A DNA stretch of 64,000 nucleotides, taken from Promethearchaeota archaeon (GTDB lineage: Archaea > Asgardarchaeota > Lokiarchaeia > Sigyniarchaeales > SOKP01). Positions 18,506 to 28,825 of this stretch are shown in pieces; the stretch's first letter is position 1, and the number at the start of each line of letters is the position of its first letter. A model generated the notes under the pieces. That model worked only from the letters and a program-made list of their open reading frames with translations. It ran no database searches and was not told where the DNA came from. The DNA is taken from the NCBI GenBank assembly GCA_019058295.1, contig JAHPZI010000021.1:128001-192000 (forward strand). The letters are read 5' to 3'. Made by a program: the position numbers and the translations under genes.

Positions 18506-18697
18506 CTACTTTTCTGAAAGAGAAGCTATATAAATACTATTTGAGAGCTTAAATCGTTCGATTGCCGTGTCCTTTTCCCTTTTTTTAATATTATCAAGAG
18601 GGGTTTTTATGATAAATTCGATATCTTCTAAATAATAGTCGATAAAGTACCTTTTCTTTGTTTTATCAAATTCAATATAGCTTTTCATTAATTTCAT
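18506..18697 (-). CDS. Hypothetical protein
   Basis: 63-aa ORF at the head of the lrp-tfb unit. Confidence 0.35.
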   Translation of the reverse strand: MKLMKSYIEFDKTKKRYFIDYYLEDIEFIIKTPLDNIKKREKDTAIERFKLSNSIYIASLSEK

Positions 18698-18737
18698 ATT
18701 TGTTTAAAATTTTTTTTGAGTGTTATTAATAAATTAT

Positions 18738-18783
18738 AATATTACAATATTTAAATATTGCGATTATAAAATATTACAATATT
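18738..18783. promoter_or_regulatory. Candidate operator (palindrome plus direct repeat) between divergent regulators
   Basis: Palindrome caatatttaaatattg at 18745-18760; aatattacaatatt repeated at 18738 and 18770. Confidence 0.35.
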
Positions 18784-18908
18784 GAAAAATTATAAATATT
18801 CAAATTTATATTTAAATAATAGATATTCTGATTATTCATTAAGGAAGAAACTATTATCGTGTTAATTGATCTAATTTAATTATATAAACATACTATAAGT
18901 CTTTAAGA

Positions 18909-19244
18909 ATGAATGAATTAACTAAAGCTACATCAGAGTTTTTAAAAGCATTAAGTGATCCAATTAAATTAGAAATTATTAAATATTTAAAAAATGGTGA
19001 AAAATCAGCTAAAGACATTGAAAATATACTAAAGATTAGTCAATCATATACATCTCAACAATTAAAACAATTAGAGAGAGCAGAGATAATTTTACATAAA
19101 AGAGAAGATGGTATAAAAATGTATTTCATTAAAAACACCAATATTTATCGTGTTATCTCAACAATTAATTCATATATAATTGAACAACATAAAAAGAAAT
19201 TTCAAAAGTTAATAGATTCTGATAATATTGAGAAATTAAAATAA
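18909..19244 (+). CDS. ArsR/SmtB-family transcriptional regulator
   Basis: FLKALSDPIKLEII...SQSYTSQQLKQL...REDG..MY. Confidence 0.88.
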   Translation: MNELTKATSEFLKALSDPIKLEIIKYLKNGEKSAKDIENILKISQSYTSQQLKQLERAEIILHKREDGIKMYFIKNTNIYRVISTINSYIIEQHKKKFQKLIDSDNIEKLK

Positions 19245-19281
19245 TAAAAAAACCTTAAATCCCCTATTTTTCATATCAATT

Positions 19282-19824
19282 ATGTCGAAAAACATTAGAC
19301 GCCCCTTTAGAAAAATTTTAGTGTTAGGTCTTGACAATAGTGGTAAAACATCAGTAGTGCTTAATTTTATTGGGAAAATTAATTTAACTAATTTTATCAC
19401 TCCAAAAGCAACGGAAAAAGTGAATATTGTTAACTTTGAAAAGGATAATTTTAAATTTGAAATATTGGATTTTGGAGGAAAAGAAGTTTATAGAAATGAA
19501 TTTCTAAAAAAATTTAATGAATATATTACAGATACAAAAGAAATTTTTTATGTAATTGATATTCAGGATTATGAAAGGTATGATCTCGCATTGAATTTTT
19601 TAAAAGAAATAATAAAAAGGTTAAACTCAATTAATTATGAGATAGAATTTACGTTTTTTCTTCATAAATTCGATAATGATATATTTAACCTCACCCCCAA
19701 TATAAATGATGAGCTAATTGATGACTTAGTAGAGAAAATAAAAAATATCGTACCTTCTGACGAATTTAATGAAATTTATAAAAGTACAATATATACTGTT
19801 TTAGATAAAATTCATGTATATTAA
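19282..19824 (+). CDS. Arf/Rag-like small GTPase
   Basis: GLDNSGKTS, DFGGKE, YVID, HKFD. Confidence 0.85.
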   Translation: MSKNIRRPFRKILVLGLDNSGKTSVVLNFIGKINLTNFITPKATEKVNIVNFEKDNFKFEILDFGGKEVYRNEFLKKFNEYITDTKEIFYVIDIQDYERYDLALNFLKEIIKRLNSINYEIEFTFFLHKFDNDIFNLTPNINDELIDDLVEKIKNIVPSDEFNEIYKSTIYTVLDKIHVY

Positions 19825-19944
19825 TTTATTTGCTTTATTTTTTTTAATTTTTCTATATTTTTTAACCAATATCTTTAAAAACAATTACTTTTAGTTTAAT
19901 AATGTTAATCAGCGTAATCAAATAATAAAAAAAGATCATATAAG

Positions 19945-21222
19945 ATGTCCCAAAGCCAATCAAACCGTAGAGAAATTAAATTTTTTGATCAAAACAGATT
20001 ATTTAATCATATAAAAAGATTTAGTTTTCCTCGATTAGCAGGAACTAATGGAGAACAAAAAGCTGTTAATCTAACTATTCAGTCCTTTAAAGAGCTGGGA
20101 TTTAAAGAAAATCAAATTATAGAAGAAAATTTTAGATTTTCTACTTTTTATTCTGTCATTCTTATTAAGATAATTATAGTAATGAATATAATTATGATTT
20201 CGCTTTTATTCCTAATAAAATATATTTATCCTTTTCTTATTTTTATAACATCAATATTATTGCTTATTATTTTTTTTTCAGTAATAAAAGTCTTTAAACA
20301 TCCTGAATTAAGGGGTTTCTGGGAAAGGCATTTTGGAAAAATAATTTCTGCCACTAATGTGTATACAAAAGTTCCTGCTATTAATTCATTTAAAGTAGAT
20401 CCTGGTGATATTATCATTTCAGCACATTTAGACTCTAAATCTCAATCATTCAAAACTATTTGGAGAGTAATTTTATTTAGGACGTGGTTATTTAGTGAGA
20501 TTTTACTAATTTTATCTTATATAGCTCTAATAATTGATTTACATAGTGATTTTGAATCATTTATTATAGGAATTCTTACATTTGAAGTAGTGATAGTGGT
20601 TTCAACAGCTTTAGTGATCTCTTCAAATTTTATTTTGTTATTTCTGAATTTAACAAATAAATCATCTGGGGCTTTAGATAATGCTAGTGGAATGGCGATT
20701 GTCTTTGAATTGAGCCGGTACTTTATTGAGAATCCTCTGAATAACTTTACTTTATGGTTCTGTCAATTTTCTGCAGAAGAAATAGGGACGATGGGATCAA
20801 GGAATTTTGTTGATACACATGAATCATATTTTAAAAAGGGTCAAACCTTTCAAATTAATTTTGATATGGTCTCGGCTTCAGATAACAAACGAAATATATT
20901 AGAATTCATCAAATCATATGGTATTTTTCCTCGTAAAAAGATTTCACCTATTCTCCATAAATATATTCAAGAGTCTTCAGAATTGGAAAATATTAATGTT
21001 GATAAGTTTCATGTTTCGGTTGGAGCCCATACTGATTCGATTCCATTTCATCTGAGAAAATTTGACTCGGTTGATTTTACAACCCGAGCTGCAGCAAAAT
21101 ATACTCATAGCACAGAGGATACCCCTGATAAAGTAGATCCTTTAATATTATCTCAGGCAACTAGAATTGCCCGAAGAGTGATATTACTACTTGATAATGA
21201 ATTTAATTTTCAAAAGATTTAA
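19945..21222 (+). CDS. M28-family metallopeptidase with inserted TM helices
   Basis: SAHLDS, GALDNASG, AEEIG, NFDMV, HSTEDT; about 4 hydrophobic helices inserted. Confidence 0.85.
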   Translation: MSQSQSNRREIKFFDQNRLFNHIKRFSFPRLAGTNGEQKAVNLTIQSFKELGFKENQIIEENFRFSTFYSVILIKIIIVMNIIMISLLFLIKYIYPFLIFITSILLLIIFFSVIKVFKHPELRGFWERHFGKIISATNVYTKVPAINSFKVDPGDIIISAHLDSKSQSFKTIWRVILFRTWLFSEILLILSYIALIIDLHSDFESFIIGILTFEVVIVVSTALVISSNFILLFLNLTNKSSGALDNASGMAIVFELSRYFIENPLNNFTLWFCQFSAEEIGTMGSRNFVDTHESYFKKGQTFQINFDMVSASDNKRNILEFIKSYGIFPRKKISPILHKYIQESSELENINVDKFHVSVGAHTDSIPFHLRKFDSVDFTTRAAAKYTHSTEDTPDKVDPLILSQATRIARRVILLLDNEFNFQKI

Positions 21223-21269
21223 TCTTTTTTATCAAAACATATATTTTAAATAATTAATAATTTTGCGAG

Positions 21270-21584
21270 ATGGAAAATAATAAAATGAAGAAAGATATTG
21301 AAAATTTGGTTTTAAATTGGTGTGAGAATGATTTATCAGATAGAATTAATAAAGAAATTAAAAAAGGATTTACTGTTTTAGATGCTATTGATAAAGCTTT
21401 CGAAGAATATAACCTTGAAGACGAAATTATATTAAAATATGAACTTGCTGTTGAAAAGAAAAATAATAATAATTCTAAAAATTTAGATTTGACATATAAT
21501 CAAATTAAGAATTTTAAAGAAAAAATAAAAAAAAGAATTTATAATAAATATATAAATCAAATAGATAAAAATTCGAAAAAATAA
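21270..21584 (+). CDS. Hypothetical protein
   Basis: 104-aa ORF in codirectional context. Confidence 0.5.
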   Translation: MENNKMKKDIENLVLNWCENDLSDRINKEIKKGFTVLDAIDKAFEEYNLEDEIILKYELAVEKKNNNNSKNLDLTYNQIKNFKEKIKKRIYNKYINQIDKNSKK

Positions 21585-21601
21585 TTCTCAAAAACCATAT
21601 T

Positions 21602-24052
21602 TTATATTTTACTTCTTTTATCCAAAATTTTATTGACAAAGACTTTAATGAAATCTGTAATCAAAAAAGCAATAATAGCGTAAATCCAAACAAACAATGC
21701 TAACATCCAACCCATTGCGGGAAGTAAAATTCCATATACAGTGATCAATGTAGCAATAATTTGGGTAGCAACCACTGCTATAAACAAAATTTTTGCTGGT
21801 CTTTTAGTCCAAAAATGCCCTTTTGTTCTTACAACAAAAACAGTTAAATGCCCTGCTACGGATAATTTAAGATATATGAGGGATTGAATAGTTATTTGAT
21901 CTACATGAAAAACCTGTAATCCGATATATAATACGCCAAATGATGAAAATACTCCTATTATCCCCAAAATAGATGCCATAGTTAATACTCTCCTCATATC
22001 CCAAGCTTCAGGACTTTTATTATACTCTACATTGTCATATGCTATAGTCATAATTGCCGCATCATTTAAAATTGCTAATAATACTATCATTAACGCAGTT
22101 ATGGGATAAAATTGAAAAATGATAATAGCTAAAGTTATAAAGATTAAAATTCGTATTGTTTCAGCAATTCGATATGTTGAATAATTTAGCATACGTTGAA
22201 AGATTTTGCGACTTTCTATTGTAGCATCAATTATAACCGAAAGACCAGGTTTTGTAAGAGTAATGTCTGCCGCAGATTTAGCTGCATCAGTAGCATTAGA
22301 TACAGCTATACCTACATCTGCCTTTTTCAGGGCTGGAGCATCATTAACACCATCTCCTGTCATCCCTACTATATGTCCTCTATCTTGAAGTAGTTCTACT
22401 ATATGATATTTGTGTTCTGGAAAAACTTCAGCAAAACCATCAGCGTTTTCAACAAGTTCTATTGTATCTTCATCAGATTTATCCATAATGGACGAAGAGG
22501 GTACTATATTCGTACCTAAATTTACTGTTTTTGCTATTTCTTTAGCAATAGAACTATGATCACCTGTTAACATTTTAACATTTAATCCCATTGCCATAGC
22601 AGTTTTTATTGTTTCTGCTGAATCATCTCGAGGAGGATCATAAAGTGCGATCAGACCAATAAATATCCATGAATCTTCATTATTTTTTGTTTTAGCTACT
22701 CCAAGAGCTCTGTAACCCTTTTCTGCAAATTCATCAACATACTCATTTACTTTATTACTTAAATCTTGTTTATTTGAGGATAATGATAATATTATCTGAG
22801 GGGCTCCTTTAGCAACTTTAAATTTTTTACCATCTTTATCTTTTACTTCGGCCTCTGTACGTTTAATAACTGGGTCAAATGGAGTAAAATTTGCTATAGT
22901 ATACCCATTAATTATTTTTTCAAATCCTTCAATCATTTTTGCTTTATCAATTATCGTATTATCAATTGCATCTTCGTCTTCTTCTCTTGAGGCAAGTGTT
23001 CCATATATTAAGATATCATTACTACTAAAATCATTAAATGAAATCACATTTCCAACTGATAAATCATTTTTAGTTATAGTACCAGTCTTATCAGAACATA
23101 ATATATCAACTCCTGCAAGTTCTTCAATAGCAACTAATTTACTAACAATAGCTTCTTTTTTTGTTAAAGCTACTGCTCCAATTGCCATCGTGACGGATAA
23201 AACAGCAGGTAATGCCACCGGTATTGATGCAACTGTCAGAACTAAAGCAAATTCAAATGTACTGAGAAGATCTGTATTTCGTAAAATTGACACGAGAAAG
23301 ATTATACCTACAAGAATAGCAGCAAAAACCATTAAAAAATTTCCAATTTTCATAACAGCTTTTTGAAAATGAGATCGATTTTTAGCTTCTTCTACAAGTT
23401 TAGTTGTTTTACCGAAATATGTATTCATTCCTGTTGTAACAACTAACCCATCCATTTCACCTTGTTTAACTATGGCTCCAGAATAGCCAATATCAGAAAC
23501 CTTTTTTTCAACAGGTAATGATTCTCCTGTTAATGCAGATTGATCTACTAACAAATAATCTCCTTTAGTTAATTTAACATCAGCAGGAATTATATCTCCT
23601 AATCTAACTCGTATTATATCTCCAGGTACTAAGTCTCTTGCCTCTAATGTTTTCCATTTACCATCACGTTTTACTTTAGCTTTTAAGGCTAAATTTTGTT
23701 TTAAAAGCTCAATTGCATTATCTGCTTTATGTTCTTCCCAAAATCTGACAATTGCGTTTAAGAGTAATAGTGCTAAAATAATCCAAAAATCTGCCCAATG
23801 AGCAATTACTGCTGAAAGGATTACTGCAATTTCAATCATCCATGGAATTGGTCCCCAAAAATTACTTAGAAATTTTATTATTGGGCTAACTTTTTTTTCA
23901 GTTATTTCATTATATCCATATTTCTCATATCTTTTTTCTACTTCAGAATTAGAGAGTCCGCTATCGTTTGATGATAGAATTTTGTATAACTCGTCAATAT
24001 TTGTGTTTTCTAATTCTTCACTTGTAATTGATTCTTGATTCATAAAATCCAC
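21602..24052 (-). CDS. P-type H+-exporting ATPase (type IIIA)
   Basis: DKTGT phosphorylation site, LTGES, IPVALPAV, KGAPQ, GDGVNDAPALK, AILND; FWGPIPWMIE typical of P3A. Confidence 0.93.
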   Translation of the reverse strand: MDFMNQESITSEELENTNIDELYKILSSNDSGLSNSEVEKRYEKYGYNEITEKKVSPIIKFLSNFWGPIPWMIEIAVILSAVIAHWADFWIILALLLLNAIVRFWEEHKADNAIELLKQNLALKAKVKRDGKWKTLEARDLVPGDIIRVRLGDIIPADVKLTKGDYLLVDQSALTGESLPVEKKVSDIGYSGAIVKQGEMDGLVVTTGMNTYFGKTTKLVEEAKNRSHFQKAVMKIGNFLMVFAAILVGIIFLVSILRNTDLLSTFEFALVLTVASIPVALPAVLSVTMAIGAVALTKKEAIVSKLVAIEELAGVDILCSDKTGTITKNDLSVGNVISFNDFSSNDILIYGTLASREEDEDAIDNTIIDKAKMIEGFEKIINGYTIANFTPFDPVIKRTEAEVKDKDGKKFKVAKGAPQIILSLSSNKQDLSNKVNEYVDEFAEKGYRALGVAKTKNNEDSWIFIGLIALYDPPRDDSAETIKTAMAMGLNVKMLTGDHSSIAKEIAKTVNLGTNIVPSSSIMDKSDEDTIELVENADGFAEVFPEHKYHIVELLQDRGHIVGMTGDGVNDAPALKKADVGIAVSNATDAAKSAADITLTKPGLSVIIDATIESRKIFQRMLNYSTYRIAETIRILIFITLAIIIFQFYPITALMIVLLAILNDAAIMTIAYDNVEYNKSPEAWDMRRVLTMASILGIIGVFSSFGVLYIGLQVFHVDQITIQSLIYLKLSVAGHLTVFVVRTKGHFWTKRPAKILFIAVVATQIIATLITVYGILLPAMGWMLALFVWIYAIIAFLITDFIKVFVNKILDKRSKI

Positions 24053-24413
24053 TTTTTCTTTTATTTAAAGAAATTCAAATTTATAGTAAATTTCTCATGC
24101 ATCTTTGTTTTCAGATTAATTTAAACAAATGGTTTAAATTTTATAAAAAAAAATACAGTTTTACATGTCGAAATTATAAATTTTTATCTATCTCATTTGA
24201 TTTCTAAGCTTTCATTATAATGTCATAATAATAGAACTATATTTACCATATAAAACGATTTAACAAATTTCTCTTAATTATCATATATTAAGTAGAAATC
24301 TAGATTTTATTAACCTTAATTTTAAATATAAAACAAGGTGATTTATTGTAAAAATAATTAAATCAGAAATATTGTTCAAAATAATCTTTATTATAATATA
24401 AATAGGTGCTATA

Positions 24414-26510
24414 ATGAATCAAACAATAAATTTAAGCGTGATAGCTATTAATCCTCAAAATTTATTTTGGTTTTTCCTTGTAATCACTATAATTCTCTCT
24501 ATTTTTGGTATTGGCTACATTTTTTGGATTATTCATAAACTGAAGCAATTAGATAATGGAACAGAAGAAATGATAAAGATTCACAATTTAATTAAATTGG
24601 GATCAAATGCTTATTTAAAGAGACAATTTAAAACGATAAGTATCGTTTTAAGTATTTTAACTATCATCCTTTTTTTTATAAGTCTTCCATTAGCAATTTC
24701 CTTTATGATTGGTGCCATAACATCGCTAATTGCTAGCTATATTAGTATGATCGCATCAACAATGTCAAATGTAAAGGTCACTCAAGCATGTAAAACCGAT
24801 ATTAAACAAGCTCTAAAAATTGGTTTTAATGCCGGAATGATCATAGGAGTTTCTGTAATTTCAATATCATTATTAGGGATCTCGATATTATATATTATAT
24901 TTAACTACTCCGTTGAGAATATATTAGGATTTGCCTTCGGGGCTTCTTTTTCTGCATTATTTGCTCAATTAGGTGGAGGAATCTTTACTAAAGGTGCAGA
25001 TATTGGGGCAGATTTAGTTGGAAAATTAGAGCATGGATTAGCTGAAGATGATATTAGAAATCCAGCTGCCATCGCTGATAATGTTGGAGATAATGTAGGG
25101 GATTGTGCTGGAAGAGGGGCAGATCTTTATGAATCCTCTTCAGCAAACAATATTGGAGCGATGATAATTGGTGTTACTCTGACTTTAATTACTAATAATC
25201 CATTATTTATTATTTTCTCTTTAATCACAAGAGCATTAGGAAATATTGCTAGTATAATTGGAGGTCATTTTGCCAAAATGAAAAATACAGATAAAAGTCC
25301 AATTAAAGCTTTTGCCAGAGGATTATCCATTACTGCATTGATGAGTATATTATTCTTTTTTATTTTAACATGGGTCAGTTTTGGAACTGGATGGTGGCTT
25401 TTATTTTTATGTGGAATTTTAGGGATACTCTTAGGGATTTCAACCTATTTCCTTGTTGATTATTATACCTCCTCAAGATATGGACCAGTAAAAAACGTTA
25501 TAAAAAATTCAGAAACTGGAGCTGCGACAAACGTCATTAGTGGGTTTTCTTTAGGTCTTGAATCTCCTGCTATTCCAGTTTTTTCATTTATTTTAGGTAT
25601 ATTAATTAGTTTCTCTTTAGGCAAAATATATGGAATTATCCATCATATAGATCCATTTTTAGGCGGAGTTTTTGGAATAACAATTGCAACTTTGGGATTA
25701 TTATCTATTACAACAATTATTCTCGCTTTTGATGGATTTGGCCCTGTATCCGATAATGCTGCAGGGATCGCTGAAATGGCACATCTCGGAGAGGATGTTA
25801 GATTTAATTTAGATCGTTTAGATGCTGTTGGAAATACTACAAAAGCACTTGCAAAGGGATTTGGGATAACATGTGCGGCGTTATCTGCCATAATATTATT
25901 TGAGGCATATTTAGAGGAAATTAGAGCTACTGATGTAAATATATATCATCCGATTATTATGTGTTCTTTATTGCTAGGAGCCGTTATTCCATTTCTATTT
26001 TCTTCCTTAGCAATTCGAGCAACAGGAAAAGCGGCATATGGAATGATAAAAGAGATCCAAAGACAATTTAAAGAAAATCCAGGAATCTTAGAAGGTAATT
26101 CACTTCCAGATTATGAGAATTGTATTGATATAGGAACTAAAGTTGCTTTAAAACAGATGATCTTTCCAGCACTACTTCCCACCCTAACACCAATCTTCTT
26201 AGGTTTTTTATTCGGTCCAATTGCAGTTGCTGCTTTTTTGATATCTGGTACAATCTCAGGAATCATATTAGGATTTGTCTTGAATACAGGAGGGGGGGCA
26301 TTGGATAATGCCAAAAAAGCTATAGAAAGTGGTTTATTAGGTGGAAAAGGTTCTGAGGCCCATTCTGCATCGGTAGTAGGAGATACGTTTGGTGACCCCT
26401 TGAAAGATACAGCTGGCCCCTCACTTCATATTTTAGTTAAAGTCTTAAATACTGTTTCAATCGCTTTTGCTCCGATTTTTATTGCTTTCGGAGCACTTAT
26501 AATTTTATAA
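24414..26510 (+). CDS. hppA: Membrane-bound H+-translocating pyrophosphatase (K+-independent signature)
   Basis: GGGIFTKGADIGADLVGK, DNVGDNVGD, GNTTKA (Lys signature), GDTFGDPLKDTAGP. Confidence 0.93.
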   Translation: MNQTINLSVIAINPQNLFWFFLVITIILSIFGIGYIFWIIHKLKQLDNGTEEMIKIHNLIKLGSNAYLKRQFKTISIVLSILTIILFFISLPLAISFMIGAITSLIASYISMIASTMSNVKVTQACKTDIKQALKIGFNAGMIIGVSVISISLLGISILYIIFNYSVENILGFAFGASFSALFAQLGGGIFTKGADIGADLVGKLEHGLAEDDIRNPAAIADNVGDNVGDCAGRGADLYESSSANNIGAMIIGVTLTLITNNPLFIIFSLITRALGNIASIIGGHFAKMKNTDKSPIKAFARGLSITALMSILFFFILTWVSFGTGWWLLFLCGILGILLGISTYFLVDYYTSSRYGPVKNVIKNSETGAATNVISGFSLGLESPAIPVFSFILGILISFSLGKIYGIIHHIDPFLGGVFGITIATLGLLSITTIILAFDGFGPVSDNAAGIAEMAHLGEDVRFNLDRLDAVGNTTKALAKGFGITCAALSAIILFEAYLEEIRATDVNIYHPIIMCSLLLGAVIPFLFSSLAIRATGKAAYGMIKEIQRQFKENPGILEGNSLPDYENCIDIGTKVALKQMIFPALLPTLTPIFLGFLFGPIAVAAFLISGTISGIILGFVLNTGGGALDNAKKAIESGLLGGKGSEAHSASVVGDTFGDPLKDTAGPSLHILVKVLNTVSIAFAPIFIAFGALIIL

Positions 26511-26631
26511 ATCTCTTTTTTATTATTTTTATTTAACTATTCTAATAGATTAAGATTTAAAACCTTAATAGAGTATCAAAATTAGTTTTATATGTGAGTT
26601 TAGCTAAAATAAAATAAAATAAAAAAACCCA

Positions 26632-27096
26632 TTAACGAACAATTAAAACATCACATGATGCGTGTTCTAATGCTTTCTCAGCAACTGATCCCATAAGAAA
26701 CTCTTTTAATTTTGAATGTTCACCTTTATATCCTAATACAACAAGGTCAAATCCTTCTTCCTCTACAACTTTTTTAAGATATTCTGCAGGGTTTTCATCT
26801 TTTATTAATCTAGTTTCTACTTTAGCCATAGAAGAGCCAAAAATTTCTCGAGCATTATTTAATATAGTTTTTCCTTCTTCAATTTTTGTTCTTTCAATAT
26901 CTGAAGAACTCATTGCTGGGTAATGACTTGCTGTTGGCATTATGGAGAGTACTGGTACATTCTCAAAAAACTTATGCTTAATTGCATGGAAAATGACGAC
27001 CTTTCTTGGCCATTTTTCTTCAATTTCTCTAATTTTTATAACTGCTCGCATAGAATCTTCAGATCCATCAACACCAATCAAAATTTTCTTATAAAT
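26632..27096 (-). CDS. Universal stress protein (UspA family)
   Basis: YKKILIGVDGS, DLVVLG, MGSVAEK...CDVLIVR. Proposed ATT start at 27096 after an AGGTGA SD. Confidence 0.9.
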   Translation of the reverse strand: MYKKILIGVDGSEDSMRAVIKIREIEEKWPRKVVIFHAIKHKFFENVPVLSIMPTASHYPAMSSSDIERTKIEEGKTILNNAREIFGSSMAKVETRLIKDENPAEYLKKVVEEEGFDLVVLGYKGEHSKLKEFLMGSVAEKALEHASCDVLIVR

Positions 27097-27326
27097 TATA
27101 TATCACCTTATAAATTTTTAATTATTATCAATCCAAACTACTATCAAATAAGTAGACTTAAAAAGGTAATATTAAAGTTTTATAAATTATTTAGAAGAAC
27201 CTCTTTCTAAGATTAATCAGTATAGTAGCTTAACTTTAACATTCTTAACCCGTATTCTTAATAAGTTAAAACTACAATGAAGATTGACTATAGGATTATA
27301 ATCAAAATCCTCATGGAGGTTGATAT

Positions 27327-27503
27327 ATGTCAAAAGAAAAAAAGCTTATCTTTTGTTATTATTGTGGGAATCTAATAAAAGAATATGATGATGAAAAAAC
27401 TAAAATATGTCCATATTGCGGAATAGAATTACATTATACTGATAAAAAAATTAAGAGAAATAAAGCACATAAAACCCTCAATTCAGAAGTATTGGATTTT
27501 TAG
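27327..27503 (+). CDS. 58-aa zinc-ribbon protein; not in ORF track
   Basis: GGAGGT SD; MSKEKKLIFCYYCG...ICPYCGIEL...DF*. Confidence 0.75.
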   Translation: MSKEKKLIFCYYCGNLIKEYDDEKTKICPYCGIELHYTDKKIKRNKAHKTLNSEVLDF

Positions 27504-27528
27504 TCCTATTCTAATAACGCATAGAAGG

Positions 27529-28464
27529 TTAATCAAAAGGAATGAATTTATTCATTTCTTCAATGAATTTATTCATATCTTCAGCCCTTCTTAAAATTTC
27601 AATAAAAATTCTTTTTAACATAATGTAAGTATCGGACAAAAAACGAACAAATGATTTATTGGATGATTGAAATCCGGAAACATCAGTTAAGCCAATTCTA
27701 TTATCTTTTTTATCATCAGTTTTTAAAGCCATTAGGACTTCCGAGTCATCAATTATCGAATACCTTAGAGGTGCATTTACTATCGCCCCATCAATAAAAC
27801 AATTTTCAACAAATTTATCTAAAATCTGTTTATTCGGATCTATCACATTTTTTTTGAAAAAAGATCGAAATCTATTATTTTCTTTCTTTTGAATATCATA
27901 AAATGAACCTCCATATAATATTCGTATTTCTAATGAGGGTTTTTTAGTAAAAATCTTATTTAAATAGTCTTTTAAAATAATCTCCTCATTTTTAATTAAA
28001 AATCCACAGATTATTATTACTTTTTTCTCAGCATGTTCAAGTAAATATTCTAAACGCGAAAAATAAACATCTATTCTATTGAAAAAGCTAAATGGAATTG
28101 TATCGCGCAATGGATATTTTGGTTCAATATGAGGTAAAGAGTATAAATCATCTATCATTTTTTCTCCTGCTTTTTCTAAAATCATCGTTTTATCAGAAAT
28201 CATTTTTTCAATGGCGTATTTCGGATCATATACTTCAATGACCATAGGTCGATATCCAATTATATGTATCAATTTATATTCTTCTAATTTTTTAATAGCC
28301 TCATAAACTTTAGGTTTTGAATATTTTGACATCTGAACTAAATCAGATACATTAATTTTATTATATTTTTGAGGGGAAACTTTTGTTAATTGAATTAACT
28401 GCTTATAAATATTTTTTTCAGTATCTTTAAATTTAAAAACTTCAAAAGGATCAATTTCTATCAT
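27529..28464 (-). CDS. TrmB-family transcriptional regulator
   Basis: TEKNIY..L...SDLVQMSKYSKPKVYEAIKKL..RP; PLD-like effector domain (AEKKVII...IIDDSEV). Confidence 0.8.
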   Translation of the reverse strand: MIEIDPFEVFKFKDTEKNIYKQLIQLTKVSPQKYNKINVSDLVQMSKYSKPKVYEAIKKLEEYKLIHIIGYRPMVIEVYDPKYAIEKMISDKTMILEKAGEKMIDDLYSLPHIEPKYPLRDTIPFSFFNRIDVYFSRLEYLLEHAEKKVIIICGFLIKNEEIILKDYLNKIFTKKPSLEIRILYGGSFYDIQKKENNRFRSFFKKNVIDPNKQILDKFVENCFIDGAIVNAPLRYSIIDDSEVLMALKTDDKKDNRIGLTDVSGFQSSNKSFVRFLSDTYIMLKRIFIEILRRAEDMNKFIEEMNKFIPFD

Positions 28465-28825
28465 TTTCTAGTTTGAAAAAATTTGTAGTTAATATTATTA
28501 ATTTCAAATTTGTTGTTAATAAATTTAATTATAATTTCTATTTATTTAATTTGGGCATTTTTAAATAATTTCAAAAAATAAATATTTCAATATTTTTTAG
28601 ATTTTTTTTTGTAAAATATTCAAGAATTTTACCCAAACTTCCCTATCATAAAATTCTGAAATATATATAAAAAGATTTATCCCTTAAATAGACAAAAACT
28701 TTAAAAACTCAGTTAAGGATTATATTATTAAGTGAAAAATTTCAATTTTTCATATAAAAATTATAAATAATTATAGTTTTTTAATTCAAGGTTATAAGAA
28801 AATAAAATATGTAATTAGGTGAAAT

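Noticed and set aside
27327-27503. Zinc-ribbon microprotein as the missing LysW
   Set aside because: It lacks the acidic character and the C-terminal EDWGE motif.
27541-27582. 21-bp tandem duplication at the TrmB 3' end (similar 9-bp duplication near 39221)
   Set aside because: Ordinary in-frame slippage with no evident function.
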